A DNA stretch of 64,000 nucleotides from Carcharhinus longimanus. Lineage: Eukaryota. The stretch is taken from positions 21,386,290 through 21,450,289 of the forward strand of contig JASCQW010000146.1 of assembly GCA_030264375.1 (NCBI GenBank), written 5' to 3'. Numbering within the stretch: the first letter of the stretch is position 1; each line of letters opens with the position of its first letter. The notes under the pieces are model-generated. The model was given only the letters and a program-made list of their open reading frames with translations, did not search any database and was not told the origin of the DNA. This document shows positions 11,291 to 24,712 of the stretch, piece by piece. Made by a program: the position numbers and the translations under genes.

Positions 11291-13787
11291 GACATGTAAG
11301 CGTAACAGAGGAGAAACAACCTTTGAAATTTAAGGATTCAAGGGGAAAAAAATGATGCATTGCCACGGAGGACATTGGCTGGGCTGGTATTCCTGAAAAA
11401 ATCACTGGAGAAACAGAAATTTGAGAATATGGACATCATTGGACCATTGTTGTTCAGACCAACCTGGAAAGACTCAGAATGGACTTTGACCAGGTCTCAC
11501 CCATGCTGGAGCAATTAGTGATACTTTCAAATAATCATGGAACCTAGTTTTAGGCAAAATAAACACAAGTGCATAGGCTCCATGATAAGCCTAAACACAG
11601 AATTCCATGTGTGAAAACAACTTTGGATTTTTTTTATTCATGGGAAATGGGCGTCACTGGCTGGCCAGCATTTATTGTCCATCCATAATTACCCTTGAAA
11701 CTGAGTGGCTTGCTAGGCCATTTCTGAGGACAGTTGAGAGTCAACCATATTGCTGTGGCTGTGGAGCCACATGTAGGCCAGACCGGGGTAAGAATGGCAG
11801 ATTTCCTTCCCTAAAGGATATTAGTGAACCAAATGGGTTTTTCTGACAATTGTTAACGCGGCTATTAGAGCTCCGAACTAAAGGAATTTTTGCTTCTCAC
11901 AAACTCGATGCATCAAACATCAAGGACCCCGGACATTCTCTCTTCCAGCTTCTTCCATCAGGAAAAAGATACACAAGTCTAAGGACACATACATGACTTT
12001 TTTTCCATTGGCAAGTGCACATCAGACAATAGTGAACTGCAAAAACAGAAGGTGAAATTTTCCATGAATTGCTGGCTGAAGTGTAAGAATGCAGTTCACA
12101 GACCACAGAGCCAGCTTTTCTCACTGTATTTTGCAGCACTCTGCACTGAAATAATCTCCCTGCATGGCCCATGCCACCACACTGACAGAACAGAGCCGAA
12201 CAGAGTGGGCAGAGATAAGGGTGCCCTCTTCCAATTTGCGATTTCAAAAAATACACCCCACGCGCCCCCCCCACCCACAGATAAGAGGAATCTGCTCCCC
12301 ACATTCAGAAAGGTAATTTTCCCCCCCCTCAACCCCGCAGCCCCCCACCATGGGTAAGGAGAACTCCCCATGTGNNNNNNNNNNNNNNNNNNNNNNNNNN
12401 NNNNNNNNNNNNNNNNNNNNNNNNNNNNNNNNNNNNNNNNNNNNNNNNNNNNNNNNNNNNNNNNNNNNNNNNNNNNNNNNNNNNNNNNNNNNNNNNNNNN
12501 NNNNNNNNNNNNNNNNNNNNNNNNNNNNNNNNNNNNNNNNNNNNNNNNNNNNNNNNNNNNNNNNNNNNNNNNNNNNNNNNNNNNNNNNNNNNNNNNNNNN
12601 NNNNNNNNNCTCTCACACTCATGGAGAACACGGGTGCTAAATCACCACCAGGGAATGCTGGAAAATCTCAACCGGTCTGGCAATAGCTGTAAGGAGAGAA
12701 AACAAAGCTAACGGGTGGGCTTTTATGGCTTCACTTGTCCCAAAACCACAAAAGTCCTGCCCAAAGTCAACAGACCTTCCCATTGTCTGCCCCTCACCTG
12801 CTCCGATCCCCGTGGCGGGTGGGGTGGTAAAATTCTGGTGAACATCTTGAGTCCATATTTCTCCTCTTCTGAACTAAAAGAGAGGGAGGAATGCTTATGT
12901 TTCAAATTCCAGTATTTTGCTTTTAGAATAATGAATTGCATTAACTTGTTACTGTCAACATGGGATACAGAACAGACAAATACTCAGATAAAACAGCAGG
13001 AAGATATAGAAATGATGTTTTTTGTTAAACTGTTTTTGCTATTAATGCTACTTTGTCCTTGTCCTCCTCTAGAATTGAATTGGAGTTTCTTCCTGGTGAT
13101 ATGAATGATTTTAATATTTTACATTGAGTGATTAGCTGTTAGATACTTCATCATGTACAATTCTGGCTGTTGCACCTCAAAGAACTTTCAGTTGCATTGC
13201 GTCGATTTTAATTCAAGCAGGATGCTCATTACAGCACCATGGACCTTAACTCCCACACAACATTTTTACAGCAAGATTTGATGGTACATGGTTTTATTCC
13301 ATCTTACTCTATGATCAAGTGATTAAATTGCTTGTAACTTCTGTCACCAGATTGTCATATCTTATCAACTTGTATAGCTGACATAGCTCCCTGAAATAGC
13401 TACTGTGATGCCATATAAAACAGTACTGTTGAATGGGGAAAGTATTGCATAGATTTTCTCAGAGGCACATTGAAAAGGGTCAGTTGAGATCTGTCAAAGC
13501 AGATAAGACACTTTGTCAACATGTGTGAGTTTTGATAACTGTGTAAATGGATCTGTGTGATCAATTGTATCCATAGTTGAAATGGTTATGACGATTAGTT
13601 AAGGAAGTGATTGTGTTTTGTAGCAGAATTGTTTTAAGAACTGAATGATTATCAGCCATGTTTGAGTAGCCACCTGTTCTTTGACAAGACATAATTGAGA
13701 CCCAGTCTGCATTGGCATCTTAAAAATACTGGCCAGAATTCTCTGATCTTGCCCACAGCTGGGATTATCCAGTCCCGCTACTATGAA

Positions 13788-14228
13788 TGGATTTGATTTA
13801 TTATTGTTGCTTGTGTTGGGATACAGTGAGAAGTATTGTTTCTTGCGTGCTTTATAGACAAAACATACTATTCATAGAGTACATAAGGGAGAAGGAAAGA
13901 AGTGCAGAATATAGTGCTAAAGTCATAGCGAGGGAGCGAAGAAAAATCAGCTTAGTATATGGTAGATCCATTCAAAAGTCTGATGGCAGCAGAGAAGAAG
14001 CTGTTCTTGAATCGGTTAGTTAATGATCTCAGACTTTTGTATCCTTTTCCTAATGGAAAAGAGTGTGTCCGGGTGTGTGGAGTCCTTGATTATGCTGGCT
14101 GCTTTTCCGAGACAGTGAGAAAGGTAAACAGAGTCAATAGATGGGAGGCTGGTTTACATGATGGACTGGGCTACATTCACAATCCTTTGTAGTTCCTTGC
14201 AGTCTTGGCTAGAGCAGGAGCTATGCCA
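13788..14228 (-). mobile_element. Rex1/Babar 3' fragment, inverted relative to the copy at 14495
   Basis: Reverse complement matches 14700-15125 (AAGAACAGCTTCTT...AAATCAAATC). Confidence 0.8.
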
Positions 14229-14494
14229 GAGCTAATTCAGATGCAGTTGAAATTTAATTTAATTTGCACCATTGTAAGAACACAACTGTCAGTGCACTAG
14301 TGAAGATGGTAGATTTTCTGCAGCTGATTAAATCCTAATCATAATCCAGTGAATTATGTTAAAACTCTGCAAGTTTAGCCCTTGACAATTTCCAATCAGC
14401 CAAATTTTGCAGAAATAACATTGAAGCATACAACTCCCACAATTATTGAAGAATAAATCAGGCAGCAACTTGTGGCGATTGTACATGTGCAGTT

Positions 14495-15125
14495 TATGGT
14501 AGAGAGCTTCAAGTTTCTAGGCGTGCAGATCACCAACAACCTGTCCTGGTCCCTGCATGCAGATGCTATAGATAAAAAAGCTCTCCAATGCCTCTACTTT
14601 CTCAGGAGACTCAGGAAATTTGGCACGTCTGCTACAACTCTCACCACCTTTTACAGATGCACCGTAGAAAGCATTCTTTCTGGTTGTATCACAGATTGTT
14701 ATGGCTCCTGCTCTGGCCAAGACCTCAAAATACTACAAGGGGTCAAGAATGAAGCCTAGTCCATCATGAAAATTAGCCTCCTATCTATTGATTCTGTCTA
14801 CACTTCCCGCTGCCTTGGAAAAGCAGCCAGCATCATCAGGGACCTCACACACCCTGGACATAACACTCTTCTACCTAATTTCACCGGGAGAAAGATACAA
14901 AAGCCTGAGGACATGTACCAACCAACTCAAGAACAGCTTCTTCCCTATCTCCATTAGACTTTTGAATGGACCTACCTCGCATTAAGTTGAACTTTCTCTT
15001 GCTATGACTGTAACACTACATTCTGTACTCTCTGCTTTCCTTCTCTATATATGATATGTTTTGTATAGTTGCAAGAAACAATACTTTTCATTGTATACTA
15101 ATACATGTGACAATAAATCAAATCA
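14495..15125 (+). mobile_element. Rex1/Babar-type LINE 3' fragment
   Basis: VESFKFLGVQITNNLSWS...LYFLRRLRKFG...FYRCTVESILSGCIT and KSLRTCTNQLKNSFFP. Ends CATGTGACAATAAATCAAATC. Confidence 0.85.
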
Positions 15126-15756
15126 AAAACATCAGAAAGTTGCTGTCTGAGTTGCCCTTCTTCTCAGAATAGAAATGGTTTCTCTACAGCAAAATCCCAT
15201 CAAAAGTTGGCAGGTGAGCACAAATGTAATGAACAATTTGTGTCATGTTTGATGACCCTTGCACTTTGGAAAAAAACCTGTATTTTCTTGTTGTGCAATG
15301 TGCTCTTTAGCACAAAGATGAAACTGAGATAATTCTGGCAATGTATCATTAAACTTTTAGGAAATGCTCATGTAAACTAGGTTGTTGTGGAGCTGAAACA
15401 AAAAGTAGATAGACAGCTAATCAGATATTGAATTGCAACTGGTCTCAGAAGCCAAAAAGTCATTTGTAGAACAGAATTTGCAGCTGAGAAGACAGGAGAC
15501 TTTGTTCAAGGAGTTGTATGTGCCATACAGTTCAGAAGAACAGAAAGCTAAAGGCAAAGTAAGCAGGAATTGTGGATTGGGCAAACCACACTGTGGCTGT
15601 TTCAGAGTCATTATTAAAAGAAAGCAAACTTAATTGTTTCTTGACTGCCTATTTAAACAAGGCACATGGAAATCCATGAGTCAAAAAATGTATTTATGTA
15701 GGTGTTAATCTGTCTGCTGGTTGCTACTAAGGATTTATTGGATGCACCATTGGAAG

Positions 15757-16091
15757 GGGAGGTGGTGGTGAAGTGGTATTGTCACTGACTAGAAATCCAG
15801 AGACCCAACGTAATGCATCTGGGTTGTGGGTTTGACTCCAGCCATGGCAGCTCGTGGAATTTGAATACAATAAAAGAATCTGTAATTAAAAAGGTAGATG
15901 ATGACCATGAAACCATCTGGTTCACCAGTGTTATTTCAGGAAGGAAATTTGTCTTCCTCACCCGTCCAGGCCTGCGTGTGACTCCAGATCCACAGCAATG
16001 TGATTGACTCTTAAATGCCTTTTGAAATGGCCCAGTAAGCCTCTCAGTTCAAAGGCAGTTATGGATGGACAATAAATGCCATTCCAGCCAG
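15757..16091 (+). mobile_element. SINE family 2 copy split by the Gypsy insertion (remainder ~21407-21428)
   Basis: Matches the 59861 copy up to AATAAATG..AGCCAG. The expected continuation CACATCCCACGAATAAAT follows the 3' LTR. Confidence 0.75.
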
Positions 16092-16320
16092 TGTGGTAGT
16101 GTGGCCCCTTTTAAGGGAGTGATCCCCAGGGGCCACATTATCAGGTCGGACCCTATGGAGTGTTGAGGCAGGAAGCCGAACCAAGCCAGTCGAGTGCTAG
16201 GAGGCGTATCCTGGGTCAGGGAGGAACCTCCGTTGGAGCCAGGAAGGAGTGGAAAATAGTCGCATTGTTAGGTCTGTCAGACACTTCGTTGTAACTAATT
16301 ATGTATCATCGGCAATAGAC
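16092..16320 (+). repeat. 5' LTR of the Gypsy element (3' end lost in N gap)
   Basis: TGTGGTAGTGTGGCCCCTTTTAAGGGAGT...GTCGCATTGTTAG...GTTGTAACTAATTAT aligns by eye with 21036-21406. Confidence 0.85.
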
Positions 16321-19300
16321 NNNNNNNNNNNNNNNNNNNNNNNNNNNNNNNNNNNNNNNNNNNNNNNNNNNNNNNNNNNNNNNNNNNNNNNNNNNNNNNN
16401 NNNNNNNNNNNNNNNNNNNNNNNNNNNNNNNNNNNNNNNNNNNNNNNNNNNNNNNNNNNNNNNNNNNNNNNNNNNNNNNNNNNNNNNNNNNNNNNNNNNN
16501 NNNNNNNNNNNNNNNNNNNNNNNNNNNNNNNNNNNNNNNNNNNNNNNNNNNNNNNNNNNNNNNNNNNNNNNNNNNNNNNNNNNNNNNNNNNNNNNNNNNN
16601 NNNNNNNNNNNNNNNNNNNNNNNNNNNNNNNNNNNNNNNNNNNNNNNNNNNNNNNNNNNNNNNNNNNNNNNNNNNNNNNNNNNNNNNNNNNNNNNNNNNN
16701 NNNNNNNACCCCGCCCCTCAATGATTATGTTGTGGTACAAATTTAATTCAGCAGTCTGGGAACTAGGGGGACAGCCTTGGGCTACATGGCCAGATTGACA
16801 GGGTTAGCAAAGCACAAATATGGCTCATCTTCAGGAGAAATGTTAAGAGACTGTTTGTTTGGTCTGTGGTTTAAACAGCTTCATCGTATTGAAGAAATTA
16901 GTAGTTGAGACCATAATCTCTTTTGAAAAAGTGGCGGAGGTAGCGCATGTGATTGAACACACTGAGCTGGGTGTAAGCAGGTTACAAGATGTGCCAAATG
17001 AAGTGAACCATTTGTGGTGGGAAACAGCTGTTGTGAAGAACAGCCCTAAGTGTGGGTGCAGCTGAGCTCAAAAAAGGGAATACAGCATTAAGGGCAGAAG
17101 CTTGCCTACGATGTGGGTGACAACATTCCCAAGAAACTTGTCAATGCAGGAATTATGTATTGTACAGGCGCAGTAGAAAAGGGTCATTTACAAGCGCAGT
17201 GCAGAGTGAAGCGGTCAGGACAGAATGTGCAAATAAAAACTACAACAGTTGGATTAACTCCTTTAAAAAATCTGGATGAGGAGCCGGACAAGGGACCCGA
17301 ATCATTTACCCTAAACTAGGTCCAACTAAATATCCCTCTAGAAATAGCCTTGATAGTAAATGGCTGATCTCTTAAAATGGAAGTCAGCGCAGGGGCTGCG
17401 GCTACAGTCATAGGGGAGCAGGCATTTTCTTATCTCCAACTATTGATGTTGAGTCAGGAGCCATATTGTCTAAAGAAGAGACAATTATAACCTAAGGGGC
17501 AATAAAAGTTGTTGTGTCCAACAAGAACCAAACAGCATAGCTACCTGTCCTGGTAATTGAAGGCTACAGAACTTGCCTAGTGGGCCATGATTGGTTTAAA
17601 TAGATAAAATAAAATTGGTTGGAAACATTAAAACTACGAGACAGAGGTTCTCTGGAGCTGGTGAGTAAAAATTCCGAAGTCTTCCAAAATGAGCTAAGGG
17701 GAGCTAACACGAAAATGTATCTGAATCCTGATGCACAACCTAAATTTTTTGAGCCTTATGGACTTCATCAATGACTGGAAGATTTGTATATCATAAAGCC
17801 CATACAGTTCTCCGGATTGGTTGCACCCATGGACCCTATCCTCAAACCAGATTGTACTGTAAGAATTTGTGGAAATTATAAAACGAGGAGCTCAGATAGA
17901 CAGAGACCCCATTCCCAGAATTGAGAACCACTGTGCCAAACTAGCCAGAGGTTTAAAATACATCAAGGTAGACATTAGTCATGCATATCAGGAGCTGGAG
18001 TTGGATGAAGATTCATAGAGGTTGGTTACCATCAACACCCACAAGGCTTTAAACCAATCTACACACCCACTTTTTGGAGTCACATTGGCCTGTGACATTT
18101 TCCAGCATATGATGGAGAGTTCATTTCAAGGCATCACTAATGTAATGGTTTATTTCGATGACGTTATAATGGCAGGAGCCTCACCTGAGGAACACAGATC
18201 AAACTTGGAGGGAGTTTTGAGAAGTTTTAAGGAGGCGGGTGTCAGGTTGAAGCACACTTTCCAGGCAAATGAAGTTACATATTTGGGTTTTAAGGTGGAC
18301 GCAGGTTTACATCCTTTGGAAGATAAAATTAAAGCCATTAAGGAGGTTCCACGGCCTAAAAACATATCACAGTTAAAGTCATTCCTCGGAATGGTGAATT
18401 ATTCTGGTAGATTTGTACAAAATGTGTGTGCCGCGATGGCCAGCTTTTAAAGAAACATCTGCAATGGAGATGGGGAGAAGAACTAAAAGAAGCGTTCACG
18501 AAAATAAAACAGGCTTTACAGTAGTTGGTGTACGTTGATCCAGCCAAGCCATTGGAGTAAGCTGCGATGCATCACCGTATGGAGTGGGAGCTGTTTTGTC
18601 CCACAGAATGGAGTAGAAAGACCAATTGCTTTTGCATTGAGAACATTATTAGATGCAGGGAAGAAAATATTCCTAGATAGATAAGGAAAGCATTGCGATC
18701 ATTTAAGCAGTCAAGAAATTCCATCAGTATATTTTCAGATGAGATTTCACAATAGTATCAGATCACAAATCATTGTTAGGTTTATTTGAAGATAAACTAG
18801 TGCTGCCATTTGACTCTGCATGGGTACAGAGGTGGGCTCTATTGTTTGCAGCATAAAGTTACATGTTCCAGCATCACCTAGCAACACAAGTATCAAATGC
18901 AGATGCACTCAGCCATTTGCCTTTGCCACAGAGAGTCACATCATTACAGGTCCCACAAGAGATAGTGCTGGCGCTTGCACCTGATTGAGACTTTGCCACG
19001 CTCAGTTAAACACATGTGGACAGAAAGAGATCCAGTGTTGTCGAAAGTTAAGAANNNNNNNNNNNNNNNNNNNNNNNNNNNNNNNNNNNNNNNNNNNNNN
19101 NNNNNNNNNNNNNNNNNNNNNNNNNNNNNNNNNNNNNNNNNNNNNNNNNNNNNTCATGGGGGGGCTAATGTGATAATCCCACTCCAAAGGATACAAGTTT
19201 TATTAAAGGAATTGAACGACTCACATCCAGGATGAAGTAGGATGAAAGCACTCACGCAAAGTTATGTTTGGTTGCCGGGCATCTATAGAGAAATTGAAAC

Positions 19301-19406
19301 AATGCTCAGTTAGTGCCCCAGTTGTGAAGCTCAAACAGGTATTTCCAACATCAATGAATATGCATCCTTAGGTTTGGCCAGGCAAGCCCTGGGCACGATA
19401 CATATG

Positions 19407-19752
19407 TAGAATGTAGAATCATAGAAACGCTACAGTGCAGAAAGAGGCCATTTGGCCCATCAAGTCTACACCGACCACAATTCCACCCAGGCCCTACCTC
19501 CATTTTCCTACACATTTACCCGCTAACCCCTCTAATCTATGCATCTCAGGACACTAATGGGCAATTTTAGCATGGCCAATCAACCTAACCCCCACATCTT
19601 TGGACTGTGGGAGGAAACCAGAGTACCCGGTGGAAACCCACACAGACATGGGGAGAACGTGCAAACTCCACATAGTGACCAAGCCGGGAATCGAACCCAC
19701 ATCCTTGGAGCTATGAAGCAGCAGTGCTAACCACTGTGCTACCGTGCTGCCC
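19407..19752 (-). mobile_element. V-SINE type A inserted in the Gypsy integrase
   Basis: Full-length copy between the WARxH-like and DFAGPF codons. Confidence 0.85.
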
Positions 19753-20094
19753 TGATAGATAGGGATTTTCCAGTCGCACTAGCCCTAAAACTGGAAAATC
19801 ACACCTGAGGTCAATGGACCATTTCATGGTCCACCCTCTACGAGTCCCGTGGCGGGCTGCATGGGCAAAGTCCCCCCATAGATTTTGCAGGGCCTTTTAT
19901 GGACCATATGTTTCTTATATTAGTAGATGCATATTCTAGGTGTTTGGATTGATAAAGTCCACAATGGCCACTGTCATCATAGAAAATATTTTTCTCAAAT
20001 TGTCAATCAATGACATCCCAGAGAACGGTACATCATTCACAGCAGAGGAGTTTAAAAAATTCACCCATCCAGAATCAACATGAAACAGACATGC

Positions 20095-20602
20095 ACAAAA
20101 AAAGTCTGATTCAGGTGCTCCAGTTAGTGAGAAGGTAGATGCCTAGTGTCCACTGCCACTCTGCCTCAGATCAATGGGGGGGAGGGTGGCTACACCGCCA
20201 CTCTGCCTGAGATCGGTGGAGGGGAAGTGGGAAAGGGGCCTGCGCTCAGTCTGGGTGGCGGAAGGGGCGGGGAGATTAGGGAGTCAGTAATGATTGGGGG
20301 GTGGGGCAGTCTGTGAGGGCCAGGGGAGGCGTTATCCGACCAGGGAAGGATGTGGCAGGGGAGCCGCATCCTATCATCTATTTTCCTGCTGTGCGTGGTT
20401 GGAGGTGCTAATCAGAGCTGCAGGGTTTCGGGTGCGTTAAGCCGCACCCACGGGCTTCTGCAGCGCCATTCAAAATCGCTGTTATTTTTTCAGGCAGAGT
20501 GCGTATGGGAGTGCCTGAGAATGGGTCTAAAAGTCGGATCTGAAAGTCTCCTGGTTTCAAGTCCGCCCAGCACTTAGAATCAAAATGGTAAAATAGTGCC
20601 CT
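20095..20602. mobile_element. GC-rich TIR-element fragment inside the Gypsy element
   Basis: Abrupt GC/CpG-rich block ending GGTAAAATAGTGCCC, like the MITE termini, where integrase sequence is expected. Confidence 0.5.
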
Positions 20603-21035
20603 CAGTGTTGTCATGTCAAGAAATATATGAATCATCTGAGACAGAGAGCAGGGCCTGATTCAGGGGACCAAACACCTGACACCCGCAGTAGGTCCGGGTT
20701 TACCAGGACTGGTTACTGGGATCCCAGTTGTAAATGTTGACCCAGAGCAGTCAGCATTTTCTGTAACTGATGCAATAGCAGCTTCTGAGGAGGATCTCAA
20801 CCCCAGACTGATGAGTTTGTCTTTCGTCACTGCTCAACCAGCTTTTTCATTTCAAGAAAAGCATGTCACAGCATTGAGATGTCCCACCAATCAATGTCCA
20901 GACTCCCCAGGCTAATTTAACATATGGTAAACTTTCTTGGGGTATTCCTGATGTCCTTTATAAATCACTTGCCTGTGTTAAGGATGTTCTTCTTCTTTTC
21001 ATCCAAAGATGATTTCAGGAATTAGGGGAATGGAA

Positions 21036-21406
21036 TGTGATAGCGTAGCCCCTTTAAGGGAGTAATTCCCGAGGGATACATGATTGGCATGTCAAGGTGG
21101 GAAGCTGAGCCAATCAGGTGCTAAGGGACATATCCTGGATTGGGGAGGATCCTCAGTTGGAGCCGGGAGGGGGGGGCAGTGGAGAAGTCGCATTGTTAGT
21201 TCCATCAGACACTATGGCCCTGATTTACCAGCACGGCCATCCTGAAATCTGGGTGGGCGAGGCTTGCAGAATGGCATTCCCCGTTTGCCTCAGACTCGAT
21301 CTTACGAGCCTCTGTGCCAGTAAAATCAGGGTCTGTTGTAACTAATTATTTATCGTCGGCAATGAACCATTTTATACTTTGAATCACATCAAGTTGATTT
21401 ATTACA
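21036..21406 (+). repeat. 3' LTR of the Gypsy element (TG...CA) containing a MITE
   Basis: TGTGATAGCGTAGCCCCTTTAAGGGAGT...TTATTACA, preceded by AGGGGAATGGAA. Confidence 0.85.
21216..21333. mobile_element. MITE inserted in the 3' LTR only
   Basis: TIRs GGCCCTGATTTAC / GTAAAATCAGGGTC. Absent from the equivalent position of the 5' LTR. Confidence 0.8.
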
Positions 21407-21683
21407 CTCACATCCCACGAATAAATTATACATCCTGGTTTTCAGAGAAATTAATTTTTCCACTTTTATATTGGTAACTTTTTTTTGGGGCGCTTTGCAC
21501 ATTAGCACCATTTTGTGAAAGTGGTTTGAAAATTGTGCATGATTTAACAATGCAGGATGAATGGGGATTTTAAGTTACGCTGTTTAGTCACAGCTTAGCA
21601 TGTCTAAAGATTCACCCAGACCCCAAAACAGCACTAAATCCACCAGGTGTGATTGATGTCTCTTTTTAACAGAAATGTAAGTG

Positions 21684-21954
21684 AAGTTTATTTATTAGTC
21701 ACAAGTAAAGTTTACATTAACACTGCAATGAAGTTAAAGTGAAATTCCCCGAGTTGCCACACTCCAGACACCTGTTCGGGTCAATGCACCTAACCAGCAC
21801 GTCCTTCAGGCTGTGGGAGGAAACCAGAGCAGCCCCACACAGACACGGGGAGGACATGCAGACTCTGCACAGACACTGACCCAAACTGAGAATCGAACCC
21901 GGGTCCCTGGCATTGTGAGGCAGCAGTGCTAACTACAGTGCCACTATGCTGCCC
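21684..21954 (-). mobile_element. V-SINE with alternative tail (type B)
   Basis: Same head and core as type A. Tail ...CTTCATTGCAGTGTTAATGTAA..ACTTGTGACTAATAAATAAACTT. Confidence 0.8.
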
Positions 21955-22845
21955 AGATAATGGACCCCATTCAGTTGAGATGTTTCTGGCTCCCAAGTTG
22001 ATATGTACGTGATAAAGTCAATGTCTCCGTCACTGTTGTTGGTGATTTGATTGTATATTGACTGTTTCTGGGGCCATCAGCTCTGCTAGTCTCCCAGTTT
22101 CTTTAATTGGATTGCCTGATGGATGCTGTCTTGAATTTGAGATGGTTAAAAAGTAGAGTGAAGTAAGTATGTATCGTCGAAAATAATTTCCATCACTTGT
22201 TAATTGGTGAATCACCTCTCTACAGTGATTTGAAAGCATTCACATGTTGTTCTACATAAGTCCATTCTGAGCTAGAATCGGATGGAAATTGTCTGAACCA
22301 TTTCTACCTCACTGTCACGGAAATATCACTTTGTTTGGATCACAAGGACTTACTCTGTGAATTACTGATCAGATGGTAATCTATAGGTTGTTTTGATACG
22401 GTCAGCAAGAACCCCAAACATATATCATTTTATACATTTATCTCTTGATAAATGAGATGTGCTTAGGAAGACTAAGTCAAATAAAAATTGCTTTCTGTAA
22501 GGACACTGACTTAGCAATTCTACTTGGAGTCTGACAGTGTGACAAATGAAAATGTCACACTATCACAGCAGAGGTGTTCTTTGAAGTCTAAGAGTAAGTT
22601 TAAGGGGAGTGTGTGATGTATTTGTCTTGCGCTGTACTTGACTTCGAAATTATTAATTCTCGAGCGCTGCCATCCCTCATTTTGGCAAGAATAGACAAGA
22701 AAACAAAAACATTTTTATTTTGATGGAGGTTTTGCAAATTAAAATTCCGGTGATCTGTGTCTGGGAAGCCGTTCCTTTAAAATGGATGTCAAGCAGGACA
22801 AGTGAAGAGATTTGTTTTTAATTTGGTTCTTTCCTCCAATTATAG

Positions 22846-22961
22846 ACATACCAGCAGCTCCCGTCAATGTCACAATCCGACATCTGCAGGCCAACTCAGC
22901 AGTGGTATCATGGGAGGTTCCTGATGGAGATTCTGTTATTGGCTATGTTATATCACAGCAG
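22846..22961 (+). CDS. FNDC5: FNDC5 coding exon A (N-terminal half of FNIII/irisin domain), 116 bp, phase 1 to 0
   Basis: Acceptor ttcctccaattatAG at 22844-45, donor CAG|GTATTA at 22962. Encodes (D)IPAAPVNVTIRHLQANSAVVSWEVPDGDSVIGYVISQQ, matching recalled vertebrate FNDC5 DSPSAPVNVTVRHLKANSAVVSW...IGFAISQQ. NVT glycosylation sequon retained. Confidence 0.95.
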
Positions 22962-23126
22962 GTATTATTGTGTTTGCTTCATCAATATTTTAGATTTTAA
23001 TTCTTTTGGATTTGCACCTGTTTCTCAATAACCTGGTTGTACAGTAAAAAAAATCAAGAAATATCAAAGTACCTCAAAAGACTTCAACTAGATTTTACTC
23101 CAACAAATGTGCGCACTGATATTCTG

Positions 23127-23445
23127 AAAGTTTTAAAGTTTGAAGTTTATTTATCAGTGTCACGGGTTGTCTTACATTAACGCTGCAATGAAGTTACTGT
23201 GAAAATCCCCATTCGCCACACTATGGCGCCTGTTCGGGTTTACCGAGGGAGAATTTAACATGGCCAATGCATCTAATCAGTATGTCTTTCAGATTGTGGG
23301 AGGAAACCACAGCACCCGGAGGAAACCCACGCAGACATGGGGAGAACATGCAGATTCCACACAGAGAGTAATGCACTCCAGGAATTGAACCCAGGTTGCT
23401 GTGGCTGTGAGGCAGCAGTGCTAACCACTGTGCCACCATGTCACC
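23127..23445 (-). mobile_element. V-SINE type B
   Basis: Same type B tail. Confidence 0.8.
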
Positions 23446-24366
23446 TGAAACCTCTGAATATTGAGAGTGCGATAGCAAAACATAACCCGGTGACATAATA
23501 GCATTTCCTTAACATTTTGTAAGAAAGAAAAATTGCAACTTGAGTACAGATTGAAAGTAAATTATGTTTGAGGATTGACACCAGTAGAGATGAGCATCGG
23601 AGATGGTGCTCCTATCCCATTTCAAATTGTTATTTCAGACATTGTCTCACTGAGGTTTCTATGAATTTTCATACGTTGCAACCTAGAAGTTCCACTAATC
23701 AACTGAATGTCCCCATGCTCTGGGGCAGAAAACATCAGCACCAATGATGAGCACGACTCCGAGTACCTCTAAGAACCTGCTAGACTTCAGAAAGATCTCA
23801 CTTTTAACATTAATAAGGGCCTTGTGTATGGGCAGCCTGGATGCCTATCAACTGAAATAATTAATGTTAAAAAGATGGCACAAATAGATTCTTTCCAGAC
23901 TCCTACTCAAAGCTTCAATGTTCTGATCATCCTGTGCAATATAACAAAAATATTAGCTCTGCTTTAGAATCCTACAAGACTTGTTTTGCTGTCAATATTA
24001 GTTTCAATCCTAAGGTGCAGTTTGATTTCAGGATGCTCTTTATAATAAAGTGAATAAAAATTAGTAACACAAGGTATGCTAGCTATAAGTCTTGCAAATG
24101 CTGGATAAACATGTTAAACCGAAGCAAGTTGAATTGTGGCCAAGGCTAACAATATGGAATTAGAATGTATTACAAATGTTGTTGGTCAAACTGGACACCA
24201 TTCAGCAAAGCGGATTCTCAATTCCAGTATTGAGAATACCCTTTTTATTATACTCATTGGATAAATTTTACCAGCACCCGAGCAGGCTTTGAGATAGTGA
24301 AGCATCATTACTGAGAGAGAAAGAGAAAATGTGAACCCATCTTGCTGCACCTTGTCCCTCGATTTG

Positions 24367-24712
24367 AATTTTTTTTTAGTCATTCACAGGACATGGGTGT
24401 CGCTAGCTGGCCAGCATTTATTGCCCATCCGCAGTTGCCCAAGGTCAGCTAAAAGTCAACCAAATTGCTGTGACTCAGGAGCCACATGTAGGCCAGACCA
24501 GATATGGATGGCAAATTTCCTAAAGGATATTAGTGAACCATATAGGTTTTTCAAACAATAGTTTCATGGTCAGCAGTAGATTCTTGATTCCAGATATTTT
24601 TTCTTGAATTCAAATTCCACCATCTGCCATGGCAGGATTCGAACCCAGGTCCCCAGAACATTAGTTGAGATTCTAGATTAATAGTCTAGTGATAACACAA
24701 CTAGGCCATCAT
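24367..24712 (-). mobile_element. SINE family 2, full length
   Basis: Reverse complement of the 59861 copy. Confidence 0.8.

Larger units (their letters stand above)
16092..21406 (+). mobile_element. Decayed Ty3/Gypsy LTR retrotransposon with both LTRs
   Basis: Related TG-initiated LTRs at both ends. Degenerate gag zinc knuckle (GHLQAQC, ~17180), RT (TINTHK..FG..IFQ..M, YFDD at 18151), RNase H (CDASPYGVGAVLSH, ~18563), integrase (HPG..RMKAL ~19225, DFAGPF ~19880). Purine-rich tract before 21036. Many stops and frameshifts. Confidence 0.9.

Noticed and set aside
13012-13104. Signal-peptide-like ORF end MMFFVKLFLLLMLLCPCPPLELNWSFFLVI as the FNDC5 first exon
   Set aside because: The most plausible donor (CTG|GTGATA) is weak and phase 0, while exon A needs phase 1. 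T-rich DNA readily gives hydrophobic translations.
22537-22562. 9-bp stem AGTGTGACA/TGTCACACT upstream of exon A
   Set aside because: A stem this short can arise by chance in 64 kb and has no other support.
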